A stretch of DNA of 64,000 nucleotides from Macrostomum hystrix (lineage: Eukaryota; Animalia; Platyhelminthes): contig CATNEN010000038.1 of the NCBI GenBank assembly GCA_950097015.1, positions 23,560,001 to 23,624,000 on the forward strand, in the 5' to 3' direction. This document shows positions 1 through 12,286 of this stretch, piece after piece (within the stretch, counting starts at the first letter, position 1; each line of letters starts with the position of its first letter). The notes beneath the pieces were generated by a model. It was given only the letters and a program-made list of their open reading frames with translations, was not told the origin of the DNA and did no database searches. The translations under genes and the position numbers were made by a program.

Positions 1-179
1 GACGGGATCAGGTGAGACCTTTGCGACCCAGCCAGTGTCTCCTTGGGTAGAGCTGTAAGAAGTGAAAGGTTGACATTTTGAGAATAGACTTCTTGGCGAC
101 AGGCAAGCATTTCAATGAAAGTTAAAAATCCGCCAACTAGAGGCGGGATATTTCGACCTGAGAAAAAAAGAGTTCGTTT

Positions 180-810
180 TGACAACCGTTTCGACAGTCG
201 GAGACAATCGATGACAAATTTGACAATCGGTGACAAATTTGACAATCGATGACAATTTCGACAATCGATGACAATTTCGACAATAGATGACAATTTCGAC
301 AAACGGAGACAATTTCGAAATCCGGTGAAAATTTTGACACCTCAGGGACGATTTCGACAATCGGTGACAATTTCGACAATCGGTAAACATTTCGACAATC
401 GGAGGCAGTTTCGACAATCTGTGACAATTTCGACAATCGGTGACAATTTCGACAATCGGTGACAATTTCGACAATCGGTGACAATTTCGACAATCGGTAA
501 ACATTTCGACAATCGGAGGCAGTTTTGACAATCACTGACAATGTCGACAATCAATGACAATTTCGACAATCGATGACAATTTTGACAATCGGTGACAATT
601 TTGACAATCGGTGACAATTTCGACAATCGGTGAAAATTTCGACAATCGGTGACAATTTTGACAATCTGTGACAATTTCGACAATCGGAGACAATTTCGAC
701 AATCGGTGACAATTTTGACAATCTGTGACAATTTCGACAATTGGAGACAATTTCGACAAACTGTGACAATTTCGACAATCGGTGACAATTTCGACAATCG
801 GTGACAACTT
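180..810. repeat. 19-bp minisatellite (GACAATTTCGACAATCGGT)n
   Basis: Direct periodicity. Confidence 0.95.
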
Positions 811-1655
811 CTCACACAGTGCTAACAAGGACTGCAATACTGTAACAATTTTTCTTTCAGTGATCTCGGGGAGTGAACTCACATTAACTCGAAGGCCAGG
901 CAAAACTTTTAAATTAATTTTTTTATATAAAAATTCGATGAAATCAATCAAATGACCTGCTTATTCTAAACTAATTTCACCTGGAAAAACATAGTGCTAA
1001 AGCTCTAAAGCAAATCTTACGTGACTGAGTCATCGACAGCTCAGAAGTCCGTCAATCAATTCCCTGGCTTCTTCTTTCAGAACACGCGAGAAAAAGTCTG
1101 CGAAAATCTTTTTTCACGCATCACCTGATTTCACCCTTACCTCCAATAAACCATCCCTATGGCTTATCCCTGCTAATGGGATAACTTAATTTAGTTTGTC
1201 CCACGAATCTATATCCCCAGCAGGCCTTCCCAAAAGCAGATCTGTTCCCTGTATCCATGCATTCCAGAGCTGACAAATATCGAAGAAGATCCTCCAAAAA
1301 AAATTTCCAACACGCTGTTGGCAACCATCCCTAGCAACAGCGTTCTAGACACACTAGGCAAAAAAACTACGTATAGAAAATGTCTTTGCTTTTATAAACA
1401 CACTATAAATTAAGCGAGCCCATTATCCTCTGCCATTGCCAACACCAGGCATCAAAGAGACACACGCGGACACAAAAGAGTATCAATATGTTATTTTTTG
1501 CTTCAATCAGTACGGTTTTTTTTTGTATGACGCTTATAATTAGATTATCTGTCGTGTGATGGCGAAAAAGTATCAAAATGTGATTAATTTGCCAAGACTA
1601 ACCCAGAAATCTCACTTCTAATCTACTTAAATTTAGCCTCTTAGCTATATTTCAA

Positions 1656-1970
1656 CACCCACCTCACCCCACTCTAATAAATCTCGTTCCTAATGTACTC
1701 TGAACTCAGCCACCTGGCGTAAATGTACATTCATACCCTTTCTAAGCACCCACCTCACGCCACTCCAAGAAATCTCGTTCCTAATGTACTCTGAATTCAG
1801 CCACTTGGCGTAAATGTACATTCATTCCCTTTCTAAGCACCCACCTCACGCCACTCCAAGAAATCTCGTTCCTAATGTACTCTGAATTCAGCCGCTTGGC
1901 GTAAATGTACATTCATTCCCTTTCTAAGCACCCACCTCACGCCAGCCATAGAATCTCATTCTTAATGTAT
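1656..1970. repeat. 91-bp tandem repeat, about 3.4 copies
   Basis: CACCCACCTCAC recurs at about 1656, 1747, 1838 and 1929. Confidence 0.9.
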
Positions 1971-2434
1971 CTTATGAGGCCGTCTTATCTTATTAGCGAT
2001 AAAACTAGCAGCCGTGTTTCCTAAAACATATACATAATTATGCGGTTCCATGTACTTAAAAATGTTATGAAAGGAAAAAAGTCATGTTAACATTCTCTAA
2101 TGGCTGTGTATAGCTAACTGTATGATTTATGTTTTCACTCTCGGGGACAATAACAGTGATGGGGAGAGATCAGGATAGGAATTTAGACACGGTTGCGGGG
2201 ACAGTTTTACGAATCCTCAGATACAATATACGAGTAACCGTAATACGAATACTCGTAGTAACCGACTGCCTTCTGTGGCCCAAATAATTGTCACCAGCCT
2301 GTTATATTCCCTGTTCGATAGTAACAAGCGGGCTTTACTTGACTTAATTTAAAGTACACAATTCACATGTTATGTACTTTTATCGTTGCACCCAACTCGC
2401 GCCACCCGCTCTCCGTCTTCCCCGTATTGATCAA

Positions 2435-5400
2435 TCAGTATCTAGGATGTGAAATATAGGCATGCGACTTACTTAAAGCCTCCGCCAATCGTATTCTGTC
2501 AACGCCATCGCCGCGATTTTTGCCTAGCAACCTGTTAGCAACCTCTTTCGAGCAGTCCAGTTTTGTTAGTTTCTGTACCAGTTCCAGCTCGGAAACTCGG
2601 CCATTCGAGTTCAAATCCAGGTAAGCAAAGATCCTGTCCATAATTTGCGGTGCGTCTGAAAATTTTAAAAATAGTAGGCAGTCTGGTTTTCTGGAATAAT
2701 GTCTAACAGTTTTTGCTGAGCTGTATGTCTAACCTCGTGTCAAGCAAACGAGGTTGTGTCTAACATTTTAAAGGTGTGACTAACATTTTTGCTTCACATC
2801 TAACATTCTTAGTCGTGTCTAACATTCTAAAATCTTATCTATAACATTCTTAATCGTGTCTAACATTCTAAAATCTTATCTAACATTCTGAAATCTTATC
2901 TAACATTCTGAAATCGTGTCTAACATTCTGAAATTGTGTCTAACATTCTAAAATCTTATCTAACATTCTGAAATCGTGTCTAAGCTTCTAAAATCTTATC
3001 TAACATTCTGAAATCGTGTCTAACATTCTGAAATCTTATCTAACATTCTGAAATCCTATCTAACATTCTGAAATCGTGTCTAACATTCTAAAATCCTATC
3101 TAACATTCTGAAATCGTGTCTAACATTCTAAAATCTTATCTAACATTCTGAAATCGTGTCTAACATTCTGAAATCTTATCTAACATTCTGAAATCGTGTC
3201 TAACATTCTAAAATCGTGTCTAACATTCTGAAATCGTGTCTAACATTCTGAAATCTTGTCTAACATTCTCAAATCGTGTCTAACATTCTCAAATCGTGTC
3301 TAATATTCTGAAATCGTGTCTAATATTCTGAAATCGTGTCTAATATTCTGAAATCGTGTCTAATATTCTGAAATCGTGTCTAATATTCTGAAATCCTATC
3401 TAACATTCTGAAATCGTGTCTAACATTCTGAAATCGTGTCTAACATTCTGAAATCGTATCTAACATTTTGAGACTGTGTCAGACATGTTTAGCTGTCTTT
3501 CCAACACTTCTATGATATTATTTATCAAAAAAAACATAACAATGAAACCTTTTCCACTGGTTTTGTAGTCTGAGCAGCCTTTCTTGAGACCCGATTTCTG
3601 GCACTGCAGAGTCATGAGACCAGATCTCAAACTGGTCACAACTGCCGATGTCTCGCTAATGTCGCAATTGATTTTTAGTTTATTCATTAGCGCTGGAAGA
3701 TTAAATAAGGACGTTAATTGTTATTTGAGTCTCAGTGATTGAAATAAGAAGCATGCAAAATAAGTAGACATGATCGCGAAAGAATGAGTGAGTAGGTGGG
3801 TGAGAAGGGTGAGAAGGGTGAGAAGGGTGAGAAAGTAGAGAGAGGTGGGTGAGAGAGTAGATATAGGATGGGTGGGAGAGTAGGGAGAGGATGGGTGGGA
3901 GAGTAGGGAGAGGATGGGTGGGAGAGTAGGGAGAGGATGGGTGGGAGAGTAGGGAGAGGATGGGTGGGAGAGTAGGGAAAGGATGGGTGGGAGAGTAGGG
4001 AGAGGATGGGTGGGAGAGTAGGGAAAGGATGGGTGGGAGAGTAGGGAGAGGATGGGTGGGAGAGTAGGGAGAGGATGGGTGGGAGAGTAGGGAAAGGATG
4101 GGTGGGAGAGTAGGGAGAGGATGGGTGGGAGAGTAGGGAAAGGATGGGTGGGAGAGTAGGGAGAGGATGGGTGGGAGAGTAGGGAGAGGATGGGTGGGAG
4201 AGTGAATAGAGATGCATGCCATATCATACTTTAAATAAGACTAAAGAAAAAGTACTTTAAATTGAGTACCGACTGTTAAAGAAGGAGAAGCAGCTACTGA
4301 ATGCTAAGAAAGGTTTACCGTTTGCCTTAGCCTCTTCATATATTTAGAGTTAGAGAAAAAACGAATTTGAGTTGAATATCAGAGGCCTAATTACCATTCA
4401 AGTAATGGTGATGGATATCTCATATCACTTAATGCAAATTATCAGGATAATAAAAAGTCTAACTCAATTGAAAAAAGGAGTTTTGAGAAGCTCAGAAATC
4501 CCAAAACAAAATCCCATAGCTACGGAGTCAAGCAGTTAATTTATTTGGAGAATTAATTGAAATTTGTCTCCCATGGGCATTTAAAATGATTGCTACGAAG
4601 TATGTGGGTAGCGGGTCTGGTCTACAGAATTCTGAGTTAAAACTGACTAAATAGGTTTATTTGGAACTTACGATCTGAGGCTTAGAGTTTAAGTTTTGTA
4701 TAGTCACGATTTTTTTGTTGGCTGATTCAGATGATTTGAGAAATGAAAAAAAACGAAAAAACAGGAAAAAGTGATTAAATGGGAGTTAAATTGGAGAAAA
4801 GTGACTCAAATGGGAGAACAGTGGCTCAAATGATTGAAAGTGACTCACATGGGGAAACAGTGACTCAAATGGGAGAAAAGAGACTCAAATGGGAGAACAG
4901 TGGCTCAAATGATTGAAAGTGACTCACATGGGGAAACAGTGACTCAAATGGGAGAAAAGAGACTCACAAGGGAGAACAGTGACTCAAATGGGAGAACAGC
5001 GACTCAAATGGGAGAAAAGTGACTCAAATGGGAGAAAAGTGACTCAAATGGGAGAAAAGTGACTCAAATGGGAGAAAAGTGACTCAAATGGAGAAAAGTG
5101 ACTCAAATGGGAGAACAGAGACTCAAATGGGAGAACAGAGACTCAAATGGGAGAAAAGTGACTCAAATGGGAGAAAAGTGACTCTAATGGGAGAAAAGTG
5201 ACTCAAATGGGAGAAAAGTGACTCAAATGGGAGAAAAGTGACTCAAATGGGAGAACAGGGACTCAAATGGGAGAACAGAGACTCAAATGGGAGAAAAGTG
5301 ACTCAAATGGGAGAAAAGTGACTCAAATGGGAGAACAGAGACTCAAATGGGAGAACAGAGACTCAAATGGGAGAACAGAGACACAATTGGGAGAACAGAG

Positions 5401-8400
5401 ACTCAAATGGGAGAAAAGTGACTCAAATGGGAGAACAGAGACACAATTGGGAGAACAGAGACTCAAATGGGAGAACAGAGACACAATTGGGAGAACAGAG
5501 ACTCAAATGGGAGAACAGAGACTCAAATGGGAGAACAGAGACTCAAATGGGAGAGCAGTGACTCAAATGGGAGAAAAGTGACTCAAATGGGAGAACAGAG
5601 ACTCAAATGGGAGAACAGAGACTCAAATGGGAGAACAGAGACTCAAATGGGAGAACAGAGACACAATTGGGAGAACAGAGACTCAAATGGGAGAAAAGTG
5701 ACTCAAATGGGAGAAAAGTGACTCAAATGGGAGAACAGAGACTCAAATGGGAGAACAGAGACTCAAATGGGAGAGCAGTGACTCAAATGGGTGAAAAGTG
5801 ACTTAAGTGATGAAAAGTGACTCAAGTGATGAAAAGTGACTCAAATGGGAGAACAGAGACTCAAATGGGAGAAAAGTGACTCAAATGGGAGAAAAGTGAC
5901 TCAAATGGGAGAAAAGTGACTCAAATGGGAGAAAAGTGACTCTAATGGGAGAACAGAGACTCAAATGGGAGAAAAGTGACTCAAATGGGAGAACAGTGAC
6001 TCAAATGGGAGAAAAGTGACTCAAATGAAAGAAACAGAGACTCAAATGGGAGAGCAGAGACTCAAATGGGAGAAAAGTGACTCTAATGGGAGAAAAGTGA
6101 CTCAAATGGGAGAAAAGTGACTCAAATGGGAGAAAAGTGACTCTAGTGATGAAAAGTGACTCAAATGGGAGAAAAGTGACTCAAATGAGAGAAAAGTGAC
6201 TCAAATGGGAGAACAGTGACTTAATTGGGAGAAAAGTGACTCAAATGGGAGAAAAGTGACTCAAATGAGAGAAAAGTGACTCAAATGGGAGAACAGAGAC
6301 TCAAATGGAAGTCATGGCATGCTGTTAAAGTGAGGGAATGTCTTGGTAATGGAATAAAATCGAGGAAAATTTGATAATTGTGATGGAATCGATTTTAGGC
6401 GAAGCAAATGGGATAAACGAGAAATAAAAACAATCGAGAATCTAAGAATCCATTCAGTTTGTTACATTTCTAAAAAATAAATTCAAGATACGCATTTGAC
6501 CGTAATTCAATTTTTGGATTCACAAACTATTTCTACTTTCAATGAATTTTAACTACCCTAAGGTAGCTTTTATGTGAGGTTTTGAATACATGAATATTAA
6601 ACAGACTCGACTAGAAACAAAAATGTTATAGCTGAAAATATTACTACCCAGATATTTCAAGGCCACGCCCAAAATCCTAGTAATCACCTAAAGGAATTCC
6701 CGATTGTTTTAATCTGACTGAATAGGAACAATTTCAAGCATAAATAGTTTAATTTTTTTTTCTTTTTTGCTCAAAATGCATTATGTGGTTCAGAAATGCT
6801 CACTAGCTGTCTCATCACCCACTGACTCATCTCTCACTGTCTCATCTCCCACTGTCTCATCTCCCACTGTCTCATCTCCCACTGTCTCATCTCCCACTGT
6901 CTCATCTCCCACTGTCTCATCTCCCACTGTCTCATCTCCCACTGTCTCATCTCCCACTGTCTCATCTCCCACTGTCTCATCTCCCACTGTCTCATCTCAC
7001 ACTGTCTCATCTCCCACTGTCTCATCTCCTACTGTCTCATCTCCCACTGTCTCATCTCCCACTGTCTCATCTCCAACTGTCTCATCTCCCACTGTCTCAT
7101 CTCCCACTGTCTCATCTCCCACTGTCTCATCTCCCACTGTCTCATCTCCCACTGTCTCATCTCCCACTGTCTCATCTCCCACTGTCTCATCTCCCACTGT
7201 CTCATCTCCCACTGTCTCATCTCCCACTGTCTCATCTCCAACTGTCTCATCTCCCACTGTCTCATCTCCCACTGTCTCATCTCCCACTGTCTCATCTCAC
7301 ACTGTCTCATCTCCCACTGTCTCATCTCCTACTGTCTCATCTCCCACTGTCTCATCTCCCACTGTCTCATCTCCAACTGTCTCATCTCCCACTGTCTCAT
7401 CTCCCACTGTCTCATCTCCCACTGTCTCATCTCCCACTGTCTCATCTCCCACTGTCTCATCTCCCACTGTCTCATCTCCCACTGTCTCATCTCCCACTGT
7501 CTCATCTCCCACTGTCTCATCTCTCACTGTCTCATCTCCCACTGTCTCATCTCCCACTGTCTCATCTCCCACTGTCTCATCTCCCACTGTCTCATCTCCC
7601 ACTGTCTCATCTCCTACTGTCTCATCTCCCACTGTCTCATCTCCCACTGTCTCATCTCCAACTGTCTCATCTCCCACTGTCTCATCTCCCACTGTCTCAT
7701 CTCCCACTGACTCATCTCCCACTGTCTCATCTCCCACTGTCTCATCTCCCACTGTCTCATCTCCCACTGTCTCATCTCCCACTGTCTCATCTCCCACCGT
7801 CTCATCTCCCACTGTCTCATCTCTCACTGTCTCATCTCCCACTGTCTCATCTCACACTGTCTCATCTCCCACTGTCTCATCTCCCACTGTCTCATCTCCC
7901 ACTGTCTCATCTCCCACTGTCTCATCTACCACTGTCTCATCTCACACTGTCTCATCTCCTACTGTCTCATCTCCCACTGACTCATCTCCCACTGTCTTAT
8001 CTCACACTGTCTCATCTCCCACTGTCTTATCTCTCACTGTCTCATCTCCCACTGTCTCATCTCCCACTGTCTCATCTCCCACTGTCTCATCTCCCACTGT
8101 CTCATCTCCCACTGTCTCATCTCCCACTGTCTCATCTCCTACTGTCTCATCTCCCACTGTCTCATCTCCCACTGTCTCATCTCCCACTGTCTCATCTCCT
8201 ACTGTCTCATCTCCCACTGTCTCATCTCCCACTGTCTTATCTCACACTGTCTCATCTCCTACTGTCTCATCTCCCACTGTCTCATCTCCCACTGTCTCAT
8301 CACTATCTCAACATCTTACATTAGTTTTCACTTTTGACAATAATCAGTTTAACTATATAACTTTTTTTTCTAACTGTTGAATATATTAGATCGCTACTGA

Positions 8401-9663
8401 TGTAGATGAATCGATGAATAGATACACCATGCAGCTGCAAATATTTTAGTACGAGCACACAGAAAGGCGTACAGATCAGAATCCCATATTTTGTTGTATA
8501 TATCAGTGCGTTCGATTCAATCCTTCTAGTAGAAAACATAAATATATAGAAATATAAATCAAGGGACTAGGATAAATCGAAGCCTAATACCATCTAGGCC
8601 AGAATGCAATAAAACAGCTTACTCCCGCTGTAGCTATAGCTACAAGGGACACTTACTCTTAGACACAGCAGCAGCAGCAGTAGATGACTCAGAGCTGGTT
8701 GTTGATGGCAGATGTACTTTGCTGGCATCAGTTCTAGCCACACAACTTTCAGTTGGCAATGGTCGAAGTTTACGATTTGTCAGACAGGCAACTCGGTGCA
8801 TCTCGCAGTGGCTCGGATAAACTCGACCATCTGAGCCACACACCGGTTTGGGTCGGCGACGCGATCGACAGGCGACGGGGGGTGCGCAGACGCAGCTGGC
8901 GACGATTTCGCTGCCGCCGCTGCTGCCGCTGCTGATGGTTTTGCAAATTCGACCTGGTTTGCAGATCTCGGTGGAGCAGGGATCTTCTGGTGGTGTTTGG
9001 GTTTAAATATTTATCTAACAGGTTTGTCTAACAGGTTTGAACATGTTTATAACAGGTTTGACCACGTTTCCAACAGGTTTTTAATGTGTTTTAAAAGGTT
9101 TTAACACGTGTCCAACAGATTTAAAAGTGTGTCTTAAAGTTCAAAAAATGTGTCTATCAGGTTTGTCTAACAAGTTGGAACACGTGTCTAACAGGTTTGA
9201 CAATTGACATATGTATAACAGGTTTGAACCTGCTAACCTGTGTCTAGCAGGTTAAAATAAGTATCCAACAGATTTGAACAAATGTCTAACAGGTTTTAAC
9301 GAGTGTCTAACAGGTTTGAAAATGTGTCTAATTAGTTTGAAAATGTGTCTAACTAGTTTGAAAATGTGTCTAACTAGTTTAAAAATGTGTCTAACTAGTT
9401 TTAAAATGTGTCTAACTGGTTTGATCGAGTGTCTAAATAACAGGTTTGAACATTTTGTCTAACAGGTTTGAACATGTGTCTAACAGGTTTGACTAGTGTG
9501 TCTAACAGTGTTCACTATCATATGAACACATCTGTCCAACGGTCGCCAAGTCTGACAATCAAGAACACAAAAGAGTCGCTAGCTCACCAGTCTGACTGTA
9601 CGCCAATGCCACGCCAATCAAGAGGACAAGCTGGATTCCACCAAACCTGGCACAATGAGCCAT
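2435..9663 (-). CDS. Secreted follistatin-related protein (FSTL1/SPARC-like: signal peptide, FOLN, Kazal, EF-hand), 4 exons, about 256 aa
   Basis: Exons: 9588-9663 (MAHCARFGGIQLVLLIGVALAYSQT, signal peptide-like, donor GTGAG); 8657-8986 (DPCSTEICKPGRIC...CVC...PVCGSDGRVYPSHCEMHRVACL, follistatin/Kazal, donor GTAAGT); 3549-3692 (less certain, in phase); 2435-2655 (IFAYLDLNSNGRVSELEL EF-hand, stop). All junctions are GT-AG and phase 1. Confidence 0.8.
2755..3470. repeat. 20-bp minisatellite (TAACATTCTGAAATCGTGTC)n
   Basis: Direct periodicity, in the last FSTL-like intron. Confidence 0.95.
3795..4203. repeat. 23-bp G-rich minisatellite (GGGTGGGAGAGTAGGGAGAGGAT)n
   Basis: Direct periodicity; three GGG runs per unit (G-quadruplex potential). 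Confidence 0.95.
4770..6310. repeat. 20-bp minisatellite (GACTCAAATGGGAGAAAAGT)n
   Basis: Direct periodicity with AAAGTG/ACAGAG variants. Confidence 0.95.
6808..8300. repeat. 15-bp minisatellite (ACTGTCTCATCTCCC)n
   Basis: About 100 near-identical units. Confidence 0.97.
9015..9510. repeat. Degenerate ~21-bp repeat (AGGTTTGAACATGTGTCTAAC)n
   Basis: Recurrent GTGTCTAACAGGTTT. Confidence 0.8.
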
Positions 9664-10380
9664 TGTTAGTCAGAGTTGGACTTTGCTACCCAATTGTCCA
9701 AGTAAAACTGCAAGGCCTCCTTAATGATTTTGGAAAGAACTCGTGCTCACGATGGGAACTGGCAGGATTTGAGTGCGCCTTCCGTCTTCTATTATTTTCC
9801 TCCTATGTTTCTCCCATCCTTTTTAAATCCGTCTCTCCTAGGCTTGCGTCCTCTCTCCCCTCTGTCTCTTCTCTCCTTGTTCTGTCTTCCTGACCAATCA
9901 GTGAAGGCTGGGTGTGGCGCGTTGTGGGTACAACTATAGGATTTACATATGTAGCGGTTTGATGCACGTTTTACATCTGACCCAGCTGTTTTTTAGTTGC
10001 ATAGGAATAGCCAGGATTAGAAACGATACACACGGCCACAATACAAGTTCTCAGCAGTGGTCCGCTAGCGGGTGAATAGGAGCTGGGATCTTGTGACTTA
10101 AAAAAAGAGAATGACAATTTCCGGAGGACTGATTGCCACATACGCTCCTATGTAAAATTACACATTGGCATAGACATAGGGTGTCTATTAGGTTCTTTTG
10201 GAGTCTATTAGGTTCTTTTGGAGTTTATTAGGTTCTTTTGGAGTCTATTAGGTTCTTTTGGAGTCTATTAGGTTTTTTTGGTGTCTATTAGGTTCTTTTG
10301 GTGTCTATTAGGTTCTTTTGGAGTCTATTAGGTTCTTTTGGAGTCTATTAGGTTCTTTTGGAGTCTATTAGGTTCTTTTG

Positions 10381-12267
10381 AGGAGGCTGCAAAAGGACGT
10401 CGCCCGTTTCGGACAGGACAGCCCTGCTGCCGACAACGCGCGTGACAATCTCACCCGCACCTACTCGGATCGCACGAGACTTTTCGTTGAGGAGGCTGTC
10501 TCGGAAATCAGGGATGCAGTTGACAACTGCAGACACAGAGCTGCTTGGAGAGCCATAAACAACCTGACCGGCCGGAAACCAAGGCAGTGCACTGTTGTTG
10601 GCGCCGACTCGGTCGAGGACAGAAAGGCTAAGCTTGTAGAGCACTATCGGCGTGTTCTCAACGCACCTGTCCCAACTGCGGTGCTTCTCCCTGTCCCTGG
10701 CTTCACCCCTGCTCGCAGCGAGGATTTCAATATCGGTCCTATCACGCCCTCCGAGGTTCGCAACACGCTTAAAAGCATGAAGCCTGATGCTGCGCCTGGT
10801 GTCGATGGGGTCCCTCCCAGGGTCCTCAGACTTCCAGAGCTTACTTCGGTAATCACCACGCTCCTCAACAAATATTCCGTTCTTGGAGGCGACGCCGGCG
10901 CCGAGGCTCCCTGCATCTGGCGCACCTCTAAGATTGTCTCAATTCCAAAGAAGGGCCTGTCCACCTGCCTGGACAACCAGAGGGGCATCGCTCTGGAGTG
11001 TACCCTGCCAAAACTCCTCAATTCGATCCTGAGGAACAGACTGCTGCCGATCATCAACCCGCTTCTGCTGGGCGCTCAGAGTGGATTCCGCCCTGGCAGA
11101 TCTACTGTTGAGCAAATAGCCACCGTCCGCTGCATCATCGAGTCCTGCATAACGCGGCAAAAGTCGGTGACCATCGTGTTCGTCGACTTTCGCAAAGCCT
11201 TTGACTCGGTCAGTCGAGCTGCCATCGAGTGGCTCCTCTCTTACTACGGTGTTCCACCAACTCTAGTGACGGCAATCATGGACCTCTACTCCGACACCCG
11301 CGCTTTTGTCGAGATGAGAAAGGATGTCACCGAGACCTTCACTACCAGCTCCGGCGTTCTCCAAGGAGATACCCTAGCCCCTTTCATATTCATCATTATC
11401 ATTGATTATGTCCTTCGCCGTTCCCTCTCTGAAGACGAAGCCTATGTTGTTGTTGTCCGCCGCCGCAGCTCGCGTCACCCTGAGACCACGCTGGCTGCCC
11501 TCGCTTTTGCCGACGACATCGCCCTGGTGTGCAGAGACCCTTCGGCCGCTCAGTCAGCGCTCAACAGAATCTGCGAGGAAGGTGCCAGAGTCGGCCTCGA
11601 AGTGAACGCTCGCAAGACCGAGGTGCTCCACGTCGGCATCAGCGACCCGGCTCCTCTTACCCTTGCAAACGGTGACGAAATCTCTGTCTGCTCGGATTTT
11701 CGGTACCTCGGCTCGCTGGTGGTCTCTCCGGAGGACATCGTCGCCGATCGTCGTGCGCAAGCCTGGAGAGCTGCTCGACAGCTGAGCCCCATCTTCTGCT
11801 CGCCCGTGCCTGACCAACTCAAAATCCGGATTTTTCGTGCTGCCGTAGAGCCGATATTCCTTTATGGCTTGGAGGCTCTCCCAATCACGGAATCTCGCAA
11901 GCGGGCTCTCGACGCCACTTTCAGAGCCTTCCTGCGTTTCGCTCTGGACGTACGCTACCCCGAAAGGCTGTCGAACCGTGCGCTCGCTGCTCGCTCCTGC
12001 GTCCCGCCGGTGAGCTCCATACTCAGGGCGCGGAGACAGCGGCTTCTCGGCCACGTGTTACGCAGCTACGGACGCGGAGAAACCAACCCCCTTGCGATCG
12101 TTGTGCTAAATCCGCCAAGCGATCCTTTTCGACGCGGACATGCGCGCACTGAAACTCTCTTAAAGACCTTCACTAATGAGCTACAGGCCATCAACCTCAC
12201 TCCGCTTGAGGCTACTTCCTGCCCCTCTGAGCTTTTTCGCGAGCGTGTGAGCGCTAAGGGTCTCTGA
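10381..12267 (+). CDS. Reverse transcriptase ORF of the RTE-like element (N-truncated, uninterrupted)
   Basis: About 628 codons without stops. Motifs APGVDG, QSGFRPGRST, FVDFRKAFDSV, GVLQGDTLAP, LAFADDIAL, VGLEVNARKT, FRYLGS. The TTG start in the ORF track is satellite sequence. Confidence 0.9.
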   Translation, partial: RRLQKDVARFGQDSPAADNARDNLTRTYSDRTRLFVEEAVSEIRDAVDNCRHRAAWRAINNLTGRKPRQCTVVGADSVEDRKAKLVEHYRRVLNAPVPTAVLLPVPGFTPARSEDFNIGPITPSEVRNTLKSMKPDAAPGVDGVPPRVLRLPELTSVITTLLNKYSVLGGDAGAEAPCIWRTSKIVSIPKKGLSTCLDNQRGIALECTLPKLLNSILRNRLLPIINPLLLGAQSGFRPGRSTVEQIATVRCIIESCITRQKSVTIVFVDFRKAFDSVSRAAIEWLLSYYGVPPTLVTAIMDLYSDTRAFVEMRKDVTETFTTSSGVLQGDTLAPFIFIIIIDYVLRRSLSEDEAYVVVVRRRSSRHPETTLAALAFADDIALVCRDPSAAQSALNRICEEGARVGLEVNARKTEVLHVGISDPAPLTLANGDEISVCSDFRYLGSLVVSPEDIVADRRAQAWRAARQLSPIFCSPVPDQLKIRIFRAAVEPIFLYGLEALPITESRKRALDATFRAFLRFALDVRYPERLSNRALAARSCVPPVSSILRARRQRLLGHVLRSYGRGETNPLAIVVLNPPSDPFRRGHARTETLLKTFTNELQAINLTPLEATSCPSELFRERVSAKGL

Positions 12268-12286
12268 CTCTTCAGCGTCTTAATAA
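10381..12286 (+). mobile_element. 5'-truncated non-LTR retrotransposon (RTE-like LINE)
   Basis: Abrupt GC-rich insert in a 20-bp satellite, with a very short 3'UTR ending in TAATAA. TAGGTTCTTTTG is repeated at both junctions (10369-10380, 12287-12298). The endonuclease domain is missing. Confidence 0.9.

Noticed and set aside
112-815. Cys-rich repetitive ORFs (also 48868-49535, 50398-51297, 26671-28402, 5267-5801)
   Set aside because: Open in several frames purely because of tandem repeat composition.
6767-8380. 537-aa (VSSPT)n mucin-like ORF
   Set aside because: It is the translation of a 15-bp intronic satellite, antisense to the FSTL-like gene, with no signal peptide or unique domain.
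10348-12054. Antisense ORFs over the RT (and over formin, MAP10 and GPCR exons)
   Set aside because: Shadow ORFs of GC-rich coding sequence with no recognisable domains.
12268-12286. RTE element as the partner LINE of SINE family 1
   Set aside because: The 3' ends share no sequence, and the tails differ (TAATAA versus (ATT)n).
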